Counted from the first letter of the stretch, positions 19,858 to 29,901 are shown. The stretch: DNA of 64,000 nt from a virus (IMGVR_UViG_3300035698_006802:34703-98702), one strand, 5' to 3'. The notes: a model not told the origin generated them from the letters alone. Numbers and translations are program-made.

Positions 19858-20325
19858 ATGGCAGTGGAATACTGGAAAGCAAAGAAGGACATCATGGATG
19901 CAGTGCTGGCTCTTGTGGGTCAGAACCATCCGGATCTGGCACTGGTCAGCAGTGAGATCGTGGTCGTGTTCCGTGAGAAGGCCAGCAAGGCAGGCGGAAC
20001 CGTCGTTCTGGGTGCATCCAAGAAGGCAACGGCTCTTGCCAACGCCCTGGCGAATGCTGACTACAAGTTCATCCTGGAGCTGGCAGCAGATCAGTGGGAG
20101 GAGTTGGACTCCACGAAGCGTGAAGCCCTTCTTGACCACCTGCTCTGCGGGTGCCGTGTCGAGGAGGACCCCAAGTCGGGCAAGGTCAAGTACTTCATCG
20201 CAAAGCCGGATGTGATGGCATACCACGACAATGTGGAGCGCTACGGCATGTGGTTCCCTCGTGGCGAGGACGATGATGCCGGCCCGAGTCCCGTGGACGA
20301 GGTTTTCGGGGAAGACGAAGAGTAG
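19858..20325 (+). CDS. Phage metallopeptidase-like protein, HExxH degenerate
   Basis: F.LELAADQW..L...REALLDHLLCGC..PDV...VERYGMW. Confidence 0.6.
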   Translation: MAVEYWKAKKDIMDAVLALVGQNHPDLALVSSEIVVVFREKASKAGGTVVLGASKKATALANALANADYKFILELAADQWEELDSTKREALLDHLLCGCRVEEDPKSGKVKYFIAKPDVMAYHDNVERYGMWFPRGEDDDAGPSPVDEVFGEDEE

Positions 20326-20340
20326 CCCCAGGAGCAATAG

Positions 20341-21786
20341 ATGGCACTGGATACCAAGTATCGACCGCTCACCTTCAATGATCTGCTCGGGCAAGACGCA
20401 ACCGTGCAGGTGCTCAGAGAGTTTGTGCGATCGGGTGCTGGGTTTCACCAGAGTTACATGTTCGCAGGGCAGCACGGGTCGGGGAAGACCACCGCAGGTC
20501 GGCTCCTGGCTCGTGCTCTGCTTTGTGAGGACAACCAGAATGGAGATCCCTGTGACAAGTGCCCGTCTTGTAGAGCACTTCTAGACCGGGGGTCCCATGA
20601 GTGCTTTGTAGAGTTTGATGCTGCCACGCATTCAGGGACGGCAGACATCACCCGAATCGTGGATGGGCTCGGGTACAGCACATTTGCGGGCAAGCAGGTG
20701 ATCTACCTGTTTGATGAATCACACCAGCTCTCCAAGAAGGCTCTGGACGGCCTGTTGAAGTCCATGGAGGACAATCGTCCGGGAAGTGAGAACAAGATGC
20801 TGGTGTGCATCTTCTGTACGACTGAACCGAACAAGATGCGTAGCACCATCTTGTCGCGGTGTGCCCCTGCGTTCATGGTTCGGATTGTGCCCCCGGAGAA
20901 GATTGCAGACCGGTTGGTGTACGTCTGTGAGCAGGAAGGGATCACTTATGAGAGGGATGCCCTTGTAGCGATTGCTGCTGCCAAGGAGTGCCACATTCGG
21001 GACGCCCTGAAGGCTGTCGAGGGTATCTCGATGCTGGGGGCTGTCACCTGGGAGACGACCAACAGGTATCTCCGGCTGGATGCCAACGACTCCATCCTCA
21101 AGATCCTGGCATACCTGGGAACGGATCTTCCTGCGGCCCTGGCACTTCTGGATGGACTTGTGGAATCGATCTCTCCTACAAGCTGCTACGAGCGGCTCGG
21201 TAGTGCATGCATGTTGGCCTATCGTTCCTATATCAAAGCGGGGAAACCACCCCTCTTTTGGAATTCCGATTCCCTACAGAAGCTAGGCAACCACCACAGA
21301 GATTACCTGCTGGTGTTTGCACAAACCTTCTCCTCACGCCCCAGGAACGTGTCTGCATCGATGCTCGCAATGGATCTTGCTCGTGTGCATCAGGTTCGCT
21401 GTGGGCTCCTTACGGTGCCTACAGCGGCACCCCAAGTTCTATCAAACGGTACATCAACAGAACCGAGTAAAACTCCGGTACCCGCAGGGGGTAAGGTTGA
21501 TGTCTCGGTACCCCCACCTGTGCCCTCTACGGAGGAACCAGAAAGAACCACCGCATGGGAGACGTCCACAGGGCGCCACATTGATCCTAGGGGTATCAAG
21601 AAAAGGCGTAGTTCTAATGCTCGAACGAAAGAAAATGGTGCCGATCCCCTGTCACCACAGGATTTCAACAGTCTTTTGCATCGCAAGCTCTCGGAGATAG
21701 ATGCAGATGGCAGCTCAGGACCAACGGGACAATCTCACTTGGGTGGTGCTGGAACTCACCCGGTTGGGGGAGACTCGGGCAAATGA
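20341..21786 (+). CDS. dnaX: DNA polymerase III gamma/tau clamp loader
   Basis: LDTKYRP.TF.DLLGQ, G.HGSGKTT, C..PCDKCPSC, FDESH, TILSRC, RDAL. Confidence 0.93.
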   Translation: MALDTKYRPLTFNDLLGQDATVQVLREFVRSGAGFHQSYMFAGQHGSGKTTAGRLLARALLCEDNQNGDPCDKCPSCRALLDRGSHECFVEFDAATHSGTADITRIVDGLGYSTFAGKQVIYLFDESHQLSKKALDGLLKSMEDNRPGSENKMLVCIFCTTEPNKMRSTILSRCAPAFMVRIVPPEKIADRLVYVCEQEGITYERDALVAIAAAKECHIRDALKAVEGISMLGAVTWETTNRYLRLDANDSILKILAYLGTDLPAALALLDGLVESISPTSCYERLGSACMLAYRSYIKAGKPPLFWNSDSLQKLGNHHRDYLLVFAQTFSSRPRNVSASMLAMDLARVHQVRCGLLTVPTAAPQVLSNGTSTEPSKTPVPAGGKVDVSVPPPVPSTEEPERTTAWETSTGRHIDPRGIKKRRSSNARTKENGADPLSPQDFNSLLHRKLSEIDADGSSGPTGQSHLGGAGTHPVGGDSGK

Positions 21787-22264
21787 GGGCGTCCTGGCGG
21801 ACGTGCTCCTAGACGCCCTGGGAGCACCCCCAGACCATCCCATCTTCATACCTGCAATCACATACGCCAAAGCAGAGCAGCGTGTCACGATCCATTTGAT
21901 GGAAGGCTATGCCTTTGTGGCATCCGGTCTCAACGGCGTGGCATTCTTCGGGCTGGAGCGCAGTTGCCCCTATGTGAAGAGGGTCTTGGCATCCGGCGGT
22001 GGGGAAACCCTCCCTGTACTGTCCGTTATCCAGGATCAGGATGTGGAGGACATGCGGCAGAGTCTTCGGGAAGCTGTTTCCCAGGATATCGAGGAAGGCA
22101 TGAAAGTTCGCATTAGCCACGGCACCTATGCCAAACTGGAAGGTGAAGTTGTTGGGCTGGAAGGCAACACCGCCTTTGTGCATGTAGTGCTTCGGTCATT
22201 CCAGGCGATTCAAACCGTCCCTCGGATTTTCTTGGATCCGATTGAAGACGAAGAAGACGAGTGA
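21701..22264 (+). CDS. nusG: NusG-family transcription elongation/antitermination factor
   Basis: NGN domain (WVVL, IFIP, LMEGYAFV) and KOW (GMKVRISHGTYAKLEGEV). Confidence 0.85.
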   Translation: MQMAAQDQRDNLTWVVLELTRLGETRANEGVLADVLLDALGAPPDHPIFIPAITYAKAEQRVTIHLMEGYAFVASGLNGVAFFGLERSCPYVKRVLASGGGETLPVLSVIQDQDVEDMRQSLREAVSQDIEEGMKVRISHGTYAKLEGEVVGLEGNTAFVHVVLRSFQAIQTVPRIFLDPIEDEEDE

Positions 22265-22278
22265 CAGTGGAGGCTTGC

Positions 22279-22890
22279 ATGCAAGGTTATTGGTCTGGGC
22301 ACAAAGTTCTTGATCCAACGGAGCTGGAATCCCGGTTCAGCATTGAAGATGGGATTGCGTTCCTCGATGTGACGGGGAATGAGTCAATCTCTGAGGAAAG
22401 CGAGGAACTGTTAGATCAGGTTCGTAAGGTTCTTCCACGCCTCCCAGACCGGGAGGCTGATTTCGTTGAGCTGTACCACTTCAAGAAGATGAAGCAGACC
22501 GACATTGCAACGATCTTCCGCGTGAGCCAGCCCACGGTTTGCTACCGGCTCCAACGAGCCGTGAATCGAATCAAGTTCCTGTTGTCTCTCCCGGATCTTG
22601 CAGACGACGAGCTTGCAGAGGCAATGCAAAGCTTCTTGACAGACGCCCTGGACATTCGGATCATGCTCCTCATGTATGAGACCACCTGTCAGAGTGAGGT
22701 AGCCAAACGTCTCGGTGTCACTCAAGGTCTTGTGCGGCATCGGTTCATTCGCAGCATCGACAACATGCGTGAGCAGGATGGGCTGGAGAAGTATGTCCGC
22801 ATGTTTGATGCTGTTTCGAAGAACCTGAACATCCTTCGTGAAGTGCAGAGGGCAGCTTGGGGCCCCCGAGTGTTGTATCTGGTGGAGTGA
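22279..22890 (+). CDS. Protein with two sigma-70 region 4-like HTH domains
   Basis: LPDREADFVELYHF..MKQTDIA..F.VSQPTV.YRL and a second QSEVAKRLGVTQGLV; GGAGG RBS before ATG 22279. Confidence 0.75.
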   Translation: MQGYWSGHKVLDPTELESRFSIEDGIAFLDVTGNESISEESEELLDQVRKVLPRLPDREADFVELYHFKKMKQTDIATIFRVSQPTVCYRLQRAVNRIKFLLSLPDLADDELAEAMQSFLTDALDIRIMLLMYETTCQSEVAKRLGVTQGLVRHRFIRSIDNMREQDGLEKYVRMFDAVSKNLNILREVQRAAWGPRVLYLVE

Positions 22891-22905
22891 GCACGGGGCT
22901 GATGT

Positions 22906-22920
22906 CGATAGTTCGTCTAT
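22906..22920 (+). promoter_or_regulatory. Class B (late?) motif CGRTA-N6-CTAT
   Basis: cgata-gttcgt-ctat in the intergenic gap before the first virion gene. Confidence 0.6.
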
Positions 22921-22949
22921 GGGATCCGGCTGGTAGACCAGAGGACTGC

Positions 22950-23261
22950 ATGAGCGACAAGGCATCAAAACGCAGAGTGGTGATGGCCAAGCTTGTGGCC
23001 CTCCGTTGGGTTGAGGGACGCACTACCCCAGAGTACCGACTGAAGGTGCTCTATGGTGCCAAGGAGATACGGAAGGTCCCGCAACTCCTTCGGTCTTTCC
23101 GGGATGGCAAGATCAAGCTCGGATCCGTAGAGCCTATCAGAGACCTGGGGATCCAAGAAGGCTTTGACCACCTTATCGTGTGGTCCTCCCAACGACAGGG
23201 GATGATCGAACTCCAGGGGTGGTTTGAGAGCCGTGGTTGTGAAACATCAGGGGTCTGGTAA
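22950..23261 (+). CDS. Small putative virion/head protein
   Basis: GAGG RBS; KAS and KLVALRW motifs. Confidence 0.65.
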   Translation: MSDKASKRRVVMAKLVALRWVEGRTTPEYRLKVLYGAKEIRKVPQLLRSFRDGKIKLGSVEPIRDLGIQEGFDHLIVWSSQRQGMIELQGWFESRGCETSGVW

Positions 23262-23689
23262 TGGCTGGGACATTGCTTCTCTCTGAATTCACCTACTCCT
23301 CTGGGGTCTCCCCAGACGTGTACTACTACACCATCGTGATTGACCAAAACGACCTCCTGTCCGTGCGGAATATCCAGAGCCCCTATGGGCTCATTCTCGA
23401 TTCCATGACCTCTGTGCCTGAGTCGGTGGTTGCAGACATCAACACATCAATCACACAGGTGGAGAGCATCATGGCGGCAACTTCTGCCATTAACGGCACT
23501 CTGGTATTTGCAGCAGAGACCTCCAAGACCGTGACATTTGCTACAACACTGTCGAGCACCACTTACCGTGTGCAGTTGTCTTCCGACACTTTTGTGCCCC
23601 TTCGCATCTCGGGCAAGACCACCACGGGGTTCACTGTGCAAGCTGCAGCGACCTTCACTGGTAACGTCGGCTACGACGTGTTCATCTAG
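23261..23689 (+). CDS. Putative virion structural protein with beta-rich fibre-type C-terminal domain
   Basis: C-terminal domain is similar to the C-terminus of 24123-25682. Confidence 0.6.
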   Translation: MAGTLLLSEFTYSSGVSPDVYYYTIVIDQNDLLSVRNIQSPYGLILDSMTSVPESVVADINTSITQVESIMAATSAINGTLVFAAETSKTVTFATTLSSTTYRVQLSSDTFVPLRISGKTTTGFTVQAAATFTGNVGYDVFI

Positions 23690-23699
23690 GGGGAGTCCC

Positions 23700-24119
23700 A
23701 TGTTCTACCAGAAAGTTCGTGATCAGATTCTCAAGAAGCTGAAGGCAGCTGGAATCCCAGCTCGGAAGGATTCTGCGGGTCACAAGTCCATGGAAGTCGG
23801 GCTTTCGATTCGTGGCCCTTACGCAGCGGTTGTTTCTGTCCTCGATTCCCTTCCGTTCAAACAGCTTGACGAAGATGAATACCGGGAGAATGCACACTAC
23901 GTTGTGAAGGCTCCTGTGAAGCCCGGAGGGCGTGTTGGGTACGCCGTGATTGAGCTGGAGGGTTACAGTGAATCCGAGAGTGAGATCACCGTTAAGCTGT
24001 CCGGTACCCCCCGTTGGGCAGCCACATCTCTCCGTGTCCGCACCCTCCGATTGGCATCTCGCTTCCCTGTGGGAAGTGTGGAACGTCGCCAGCTTCTAGC
24101 AGTAATCAAGGAACGGTAG
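23700..24119 (+). CDS. Putative head-associated protein with C-terminal LR..LRLA..FP.G..ERR.LL motif
   Basis: GGGAG RBS; motif shared with the 25691 and 63850 genes. Confidence 0.6.
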   Translation: MFYQKVRDQILKKLKAAGIPARKDSAGHKSMEVGLSIRGPYAAVVSVLDSLPFKQLDEDEYRENAHYVVKAPVKPGGRVGYAVIELEGYSESESEITVKLSGTPRWAATSLRVRTLRLASRFPVGSVERRQLLAVIKER

Positions 24120-24122
24120 CCG

Positions 24123-25682
24123 ATGGCACAAATCCCACTGCAAGTAGATCAGGTTCAAATTGAGCCGGGAACCTCAACCTATGGCACTCGTGTAGTCGAC
24201 CGTGACTCCACTGATGGTGGTCTTCGTTTCGCTGACCCGAACGTCACAGCATCACTGTTGGCGTTGGTGGGACTCCGCAATGTCACGGGTGTCTACCTTG
24301 TGGGCCAGGGTGGTGACGGGGCACCGTACACGACCATCCAGTCAGCCATCAATGCTATTCCAGACACAGCATCTCGTTCTGCACCGGGTCTGGTGGCAGT
24401 TTTGGGGGGAGAGTACTCCGAGAACATCGTGATCGATAAGGATGGTGTGTCCATCGTGGGGCTCGGCACCACGGTGTTGACCAATGCTGCTGCAGACGCC
24501 ACGATCAAGATTGAGGATGCCGCCACCACAACTCCAGAGTGGGTTGAGCTTCGAGGACTCACCATTCGGAACACCACCGACGCAGAGGAGTGTATTCTGG
24601 TCGAAGGTGCCGGCACCTATGCTTCGGGGACTGTGACAGCTACGGCTGCACCCCTGGCAGTGGCGGACACCATCACCATCGGAGGCACAGCTCTGACAGG
24701 GGTAACTGGGGCTCGGGTGTCTGGTAGCGACAACTTCTCTGTGGATGGCACTACAGTGTCAGCTCTTGCTGTGGAGATCCTGGCTGCCATCAACGATGTT
24801 GCCAATTCCTTCGCAGCAACCGTGGAGGCAACCTACCTGCTAGGTGTGGTCACCATCACGGCAGTTTCCCCTGGAGCAGGTGGCAACGCCATTACTCTGG
24901 TGGTGTCCACGACCCCTGTCGGCACACTGACGGTGTCTGGGGCGACCCTGACGGGTGGTGGTGCAGCGGGTTCTCGTGTTGCCTATGATGAGATTGCCAT
25001 TCTCGACTGTGACCTTGTTGCATCGGGGAATGGTGGATTCCAGATTCAAGCAGATACCGTGAACAATGTTCGTGTCCATGGGGGGACCTGGCGTGGGTCA
25101 TCTTCCACATCCTCCTGTGTGGTGACGAACTGTGCAGCTTTCCGCATGTTTGATGTCGAGTGGGCATCTGACCTGGAGCTGGCATACAACACAGGCAATG
25201 ACCAACCTGCCACTACAACCTCTGACTACAGGGTGCAGAATTGCGGGCGTCTAGGAGATGTCCTGTCCAGTGAAACGGGTGCGGGATCTCTGTCTATTGA
25301 CTACTGCCCCGCTGCAGGGGATGTCACACAGGGTGGAGACCGAGACCTTCTGGTGTCCCACAGTAATGCGGGAGACATAGCTCTTTCCGGCACAGCCGTG
25401 GCAACCCTCATAGGGTCGACCCGAGGGACAGTCACTGTCCCATCAGGCACCCCCACTCTGGCAGAGTCCTCCCAAACAGGGTCCGTGGCATTTGCTGCAT
25501 CGGCATCAGAGGCCGTGGCTTTCGATGCCACCCAGCCTGATGCGGTGTACGCAGTGCTTGTGGACGTGCCCACTGCGGGCATCACAGCGAATGTGACCGC
25601 CAAGGCGGCTTCCGGATTCACCATCACAACTTCGGCCCCTGTCACAGGAACGGTTTACTACACCGTCCTGCGGCAGATGTAG
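24123..25682 (+). CDS. Fibre/spike-like structural protein (pectin lyase-like beta-helix with inserted sheath-like domain)
   Basis: APYTTIQSAINA..VLGGEYSENI start of a beta-helix; Thr/Ala/Gly rich. Confidence 0.65.
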   Translation: MAQIPLQVDQVQIEPGTSTYGTRVVDRDSTDGGLRFADPNVTASLLALVGLRNVTGVYLVGQGGDGAPYTTIQSAINAIPDTASRSAPGLVAVLGGEYSENIVIDKDGVSIVGLGTTVLTNAAADATIKIEDAATTTPEWVELRGLTIRNTTDAEECILVEGAGTYASGTVTATAAPLAVADTITIGGTALTGVTGARVSGSDNFSVDGTTVSALAVEILAAINDVANSFAATVEATYLLGVVTITAVSPGAGGNAITLVVSTTPVGTLTVSGATLTGGGAAGSRVAYDEIAILDCDLVASGNGGFQIQADTVNNVRVHGGTWRGSSSTSSCVVTNCAAFRMFDVEWASDLELAYNTGNDQPATTTSDYRVQNCGRLGDVLSSETGAGSLSIDYCPAAGDVTQGGDRDLLVSHSNAGDIALSGTAVATLIGSTRGTVTVPSGTPTLAESSQTGSVAFAASASEAVAFDATQPDAVYAVLVDVPTAGITANVTAKAASGFTITTSAPVTGTVYYTVLRQM

Positions 25683-25690
25683 GAGAGCCC

Positions 25691-26164
25691 ATGTCGACCC
25701 CTATTCAGAAGCTCGCAAAGCTGGCTTACGAACACCCTGAGCTGCGTCCTGATCTTGTTCCTATCCTCAAGGCAGCAGTAGCTACGACTGACATCTACCC
25801 CGTGGAGATCGACCACGGGTACGAGCAGCCCCTTTCAGGTGGCACCGACGTGATGAAGCGTCTGCAGGATCAGTTCCTCATTGAGCAGGGCCGCCCGCCT
25901 CGGGAGAAGAATCCCCGTCTGGCAACTGAGGATGCGAGGCTGGCGTTCTGCCAGAGTGTTCAGAAGAAGCTCATCGCTCATGTGCAGAGCCCCACGGGGA
26001 AGGCCATGGTGCGGGAGTCCCTGGTGAAGTACGCAGAGGACACAGCAGATGTTCTCGTCATCAATGCCGCTGTGAACGACATCATTTCGGATGCTGTGGC
26101 TGTAGCACTTGACCCCCAGAAAATGGGTAAGATCGTGGGCAAGTACACAGCCCCGAAGGAGTAA
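25691..26164 (+). CDS. Putative head-associated protein
   Basis: AGGAG RBS; N-terminal QKLAKLAYEHPELRPDLVPILKAA. Confidence 0.65.
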   Translation: MSTPIQKLAKLAYEHPELRPDLVPILKAAVATTDIYPVEIDHGYEQPLSGGTDVMKRLQDQFLIEQGRPPREKNPRLATEDARLAFCQSVQKKLIAHVQSPTGKAMVRESLVKYAEDTADVLVINAAVNDIISDAVAVALDPQKMGKIVGKYTAPKE

Positions 26165-26166
26165 CG

Positions 26167-26967
26167 ATGCCTGGTTTCAATGACTTCTGGGACACCCTGT
26201 TGAAGGAAGCGGACCTCTCCACCGGAGGCACCGAATCCGTGGACTCATACCTATCCGAAGGAACTCCCCTGGAGGGAGAGCAGTTCACGTCCGTCCGTCA
26301 ACTGACGGAGAAGCACCGTGCGGCACATGCCTTGAGCCTTCCGGTTGAGGCAGGGGCTCGGGTGTCCTTTGCTTCCAACGTGGGTGCTGTCCTCAGCTAC
26401 CCGGATCCCCCAGAGCCTAAGATGCTGGGGTCCGTGGTGACCGTGAAGTCTGCCAACGGCGACATCACAGAGCACAACGGGGTCGTGTTCGTGGCCTGGG
26501 ATGACGGCAAGTTCCGGGGCATCCATGCAGAGCACCTGCGTCCCACAAATTCACGACAGGCTGCTTCCCAGAAGTGGTTTGTGACCAAGCGTGGGGATCA
26601 GCCTTATGGGGGGCCTGCTTGGAAGGGGGACAAGCCTCGCTGGTTTGATTCCGAGAAAGCTGCCAAAACTATGGCAGCAAAGCTGGGCGAGCGGAACCCA
26701 GCGGGCTTCAGCGTCAAGCAGGTTCCTGCAGGCTACAGTGCAGGGAAGTATCCTCTCATGAAGAAGGCTGGCCAGCAGAAACGCGGTGATGCTGTTCCTG
26801 CTCAGATCCGTGTGGCAAGCCTCGGAGACCTCGGGGACTTCCTGAAGGTCGCCAATGACACACTTATCCACAAGAGCACTCGTGATCTCTGGAGTTTCCG
26901 CTCGGAGGGTCCTGAGTATGTCATCGAGAGGCTGTTCAATGGACAAGGCGAGCCCGTCAAGGGCTAG
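26167..26967 (+). CDS. Modular putative head protein
   Basis: AAGGAG RBS; KEA, RQAAS, KKAG and RVASL linkers. Confidence 0.65.
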   Translation: MPGFNDFWDTLLKEADLSTGGTESVDSYLSEGTPLEGEQFTSVRQLTEKHRAAHALSLPVEAGARVSFASNVGAVLSYPDPPEPKMLGSVVTVKSANGDITEHNGVVFVAWDDGKFRGIHAEHLRPTNSRQAASQKWFVTKRGDQPYGGPAWKGDKPRWFDSEKAAKTMAAKLGERNPAGFSVKQVPAGYSAGKYPLMKKAGQQKRGDAVPAQIRVASLGDLGDFLKVANDTLIHKSTRDLWSFRSEGPEYVIERLFNGQGEPVKG

Positions 26968-26970
26968 GCT

Positions 26971-26985
26971 CGGTGTCTTCTCTAT
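26971..26985 (+). promoter_or_regulatory. Class B motif (cggtg-N6-ctat)
   Basis: Intergenic; one mismatch to consensus. Confidence 0.45.
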
Positions 26986-27012
26986 ACTCTCCCACGGATG
27001 AAGGGGGACGCA

Positions 27013-27657
27013 GTGCCTCGACCAAATGCAACTAAAGTAGCAGACCGCTTCCTGACGGGGAGCACCATAGACCAACGGCGTTCAAAAACCGCTGGTGAAG
27101 TGCGTTTCATCAAGGATCGCAGCGGTGACAAGAATGAGTGGGGTTGGGGAACCCCGGGACCTTCCGAACGTGCGATCGGTAAGGATTTCGTGTTCAATCC
27201 CAAGTTCCTCAAACCCTTGGCCAGCTCGCTCCGTTCAGCTCTCATGGCTCTCGGACACGCTCATTCTTCCTACGCCACATTCACGAAGCTCAAGAGCCGC
27301 AATGTCAGTCCAGATGGAAATCTGGGAGGCAAGGGGTACATTCAGAAGATCTCTGAGCAGCGGCGTCAGATGATGAACTGCATCGAAGCTCTGTCCGCGT
27401 TCACAGACACTGTCTATGACGAGATCAAGGCTCCCCATTGGGACCCCGCAGAGGACAAGCTTGACCCCCGCGACCGCGACGAAGTTCGTGAGATCGTGCA
27501 GGACGCAGAGGAGATCAAGAAGGATCCCGAGGGTTGGGCAGAGGACGAAGAAGCAGAGTTGGATGAGGACGGCAAATCCACAGAGAAGAGGGCGTCCCGC
27601 AACAAGGTCGCAAATCTGTGGGTGAGCACCCAGGTGCAAGACAGGAGGGCTCTATGA
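27013..27657 (+). CDS. Putative head protein
   Basis: GTG start after GGGGGA; KVADRFL, KTAG, KRASRNKVANLW. Confidence 0.65.
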   Translation: MPRPNATKVADRFLTGSTIDQRRSKTAGEVRFIKDRSGDKNEWGWGTPGPSERAIGKDFVFNPKFLKPLASSLRSALMALGHAHSSYATFTKLKSRNVSPDGNLGGKGYIQKISEQRRQMMNCIEALSAFTDTVYDEIKAPHWDPAEDKLDPRDRDEVREIVQDAEEIKKDPEGWAEDEEAELDEDGKSTEKRASRNKVANLWVSTQVQDRRAL

Positions 27658-29849
27658 GCAAGAAGGGCAAGCAAATGGATGTGCTCGGAGAGACCATCCT
27701 CCCTGCAGACCTGTTCACTCCCACTTTGGGAAGCAACTGGGGTCTCGATGGTTACCCGGATATGGATTATGGGATGGGTGTCCTTGAGGGGCTGTTCCCT
27801 TCGGACACTGCAGGTATCCCAGAGGGTCTGACTCCGAAGGAAGCCTCAGAGAGGGAAGCCGCCACGTTCATGGACACTGATTCGAGTCGGGGGATGGACC
27901 TCTCAGAGATGATGAAGGAGGGAGGTCTTGCAGACCTTTCTTGGCTTGATCTGAACGAGCAGGATCCTGACCGCCTTCCCAAGAATCCCGTCAATCTGGC
28001 AATTCCCGAGCTGGAGGAAGCCTGGGGTGTCAATCGCCGCACTGATGGTGTGCATCTCGTAGCCAATGTGGACATCGAGAAGGCCCGGTACGACGAGGGC
28101 ATCAAGAACGGTTCGAAGCCTTCCCACAAGTTCTCACAGACAGATCTCCTTCGTGTGGTCCGCAAGGCCATGCGGCGTTCCACTGTCGGACATGACCTGA
28201 CAGCAATCCTGAAGGAAGCCGCTGAGACCCTTGGTGCGGAAGCTCCTCGCATCCGGCGTGCAATGCAGGTGGTCAAGGCTGAGCACGGTCTTGTGGGCAA
28301 CGTGTTCATTCGGGCAGCTGCGTTTCCTGGTATCGAGCAGGGCAAGTGGGCGAAGACTCTCAAGGGTCTGAACGCCAACTACATCATCATGGATGGGCGC
28401 ACCCTCACTGGGTCTGTCAACGTCCACAACAGCTACTTCAAGGGAAAGAAGGCTGTCCTCCAGGTGCCCTGGAAAGAGGCCCTGGCACACTACAAGCCTT
28501 ACCTGGAAGCATCAGGACACAAGGTCGCAGAAGGGGACCCCAAGAGTTCTCTCCGTGCCGCTTTCCTGTCGCACTCCACGAAGGTGTCAACAACCAACAC
28601 TCCTCGCCCCACCCACAAGGCACCTGCACAGCGGATCAGCGGGAAGCAGGCACGCAAGGAGCTGAGGGCAGCAGCCAACACTCCTCGTCGGGTCGTAGAC
28701 CCCGCGGTCAATCGGAAGTTCAAGGCTCGTCAGGCAGCAATGTCGAAGATCAACGCCTGGGCTTCCTCTGGGTTGCTGGCAAACGATGAAGCACAGAAGG
28801 TGATTCAGTCGGGTGCAGGCCCTCTCCATATGCTCAGTGCAGCAGCAGACATGGTGCTGGGTGCAGAGACTGCCAAGTATTCGGGAATCGAGAATGACCT
28901 GAGACCCACGGTGGAAGCCTCGGTGGAGAAGGTCAAGGCAGCGATTGCTTTTGCAAAGAAGTTCAATGCCGGCCAGCAGGCAAAGGTCGATGGTCTTGTT
29001 GCAGAGCGTAAGCAGTCCACAACTCGTGAGGCCCGCCAGATCAAGGCTGCTCGGGTGTTGGTTGCCAAGATCACGAATGCCATCGACAAGGGTGTTCGAG
29101 GTCAGCCTCTCCGGGATCTCATCCTCCGCACCATCCCTCGGGATCAGGTTCGTGTAGCTTCGAAGCTTCTGAACCCCGTGCTGAAGAAGACAGGAGCCTT
29201 GGAAGACTCCCCGGGCTCGCACAATAGCTACACTGGTAGGCAGTACCGGCCCGCCCCACAGCGGGTCAGCTCGGTGACTCCACACGCCAATGAGACCAAC
29301 ATGCTCGTGCGGTGGGTTCGTCAGGCGATGAACGAAGGGGCAGCGGGGAAGGAGTTGGACTCCCGAATCAATGCCCGGTTCTCATCTGCCCTCCGTACAG
29401 CATCCAGTGACCCCGTGGCGGCTCTCCGCAAGCAGCATGAGGGTGGTGCAGGTTTCGTCTATGTGGACGCAGCAGCATACGCCTCACAGGCAGGAACGAC
29501 GGGTTGCGACAAGGGTGGTCTTCGCCATCGTGCCAACCAGATCAAGTTCGTCATGGCGATGGATCGTTGTGCCGGATGTGCGAGCAAGAGTGCCCTTGCG
29601 GACGGCACCCCTCGTTGTCAGAAGTACAACAAGGAGTTGGTGGCGTCCTCGGATATGCCTGCTGAGATGGCAAGTATCCGGCAGTCCAACATCCGTGCCG
29701 CAGGGATGACAGACTATGAGGCCACTGCCTCTCTCTATAGTCCCCAGGAATTCAACCTCCACAACAGCTGCCTGGACGATGTCGACATGGAGACAGCCCC
29801 TGCACCGGAGGAGATGGGCGACATCTTCTTTGGTGGTATGGAGCTGTGA
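27654..29849 (+). CDS. Large putative virion/head protein
   Basis: GGAGG RBS, ATGA overlap, several KxA motifs, C-terminal Cys cluster. Confidence 0.65.
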   Translation: MSKKGKQMDVLGETILPADLFTPTLGSNWGLDGYPDMDYGMGVLEGLFPSDTAGIPEGLTPKEASEREAATFMDTDSSRGMDLSEMMKEGGLADLSWLDLNEQDPDRLPKNPVNLAIPELEEAWGVNRRTDGVHLVANVDIEKARYDEGIKNGSKPSHKFSQTDLLRVVRKAMRRSTVGHDLTAILKEAAETLGAEAPRIRRAMQVVKAEHGLVGNVFIRAAAFPGIEQGKWAKTLKGLNANYIIMDGRTLTGSVNVHNSYFKGKKAVLQVPWKEALAHYKPYLEASGHKVAEGDPKSSLRAAFLSHSTKVSTTNTPRPTHKAPAQRISGKQARKELRAAANTPRRVVDPAVNRKFKARQAAMSKINAWASSGLLANDEAQKVIQSGAGPLHMLSAAADMVLGAETAKYSGIENDLRPTVEASVEKVKAAIAFAKKFNAGQQAKVDGLVAERKQSTTREARQIKAARVLVAKITNAIDKGVRGQPLRDLILRTIPRDQVRVASKLLNPVLKKTGALEDSPGSHNSYTGRQYRPAPQRVSSVTPHANETNMLVRWVRQAMNEGAAGKELDSRINARFSSALRTASSDPVAALRKQHEGGAGFVYVDAAAYASQAGTTGCDKGGLRHRANQIKFVMAMDRCAGCASKSALADGTPRCQKYNKELVASSDMPAEMASIRQSNIRAAGMTDYEATASLYSPQEFNLHNSCLDDVDMETAPAPEEMGDIFFGGMEL

Positions 29850-29901
29850 TTCCTTTAGGGTAGGGCTCAAATCCTGCGGGCGTAACTCCTACACCCCTCC
29901 C

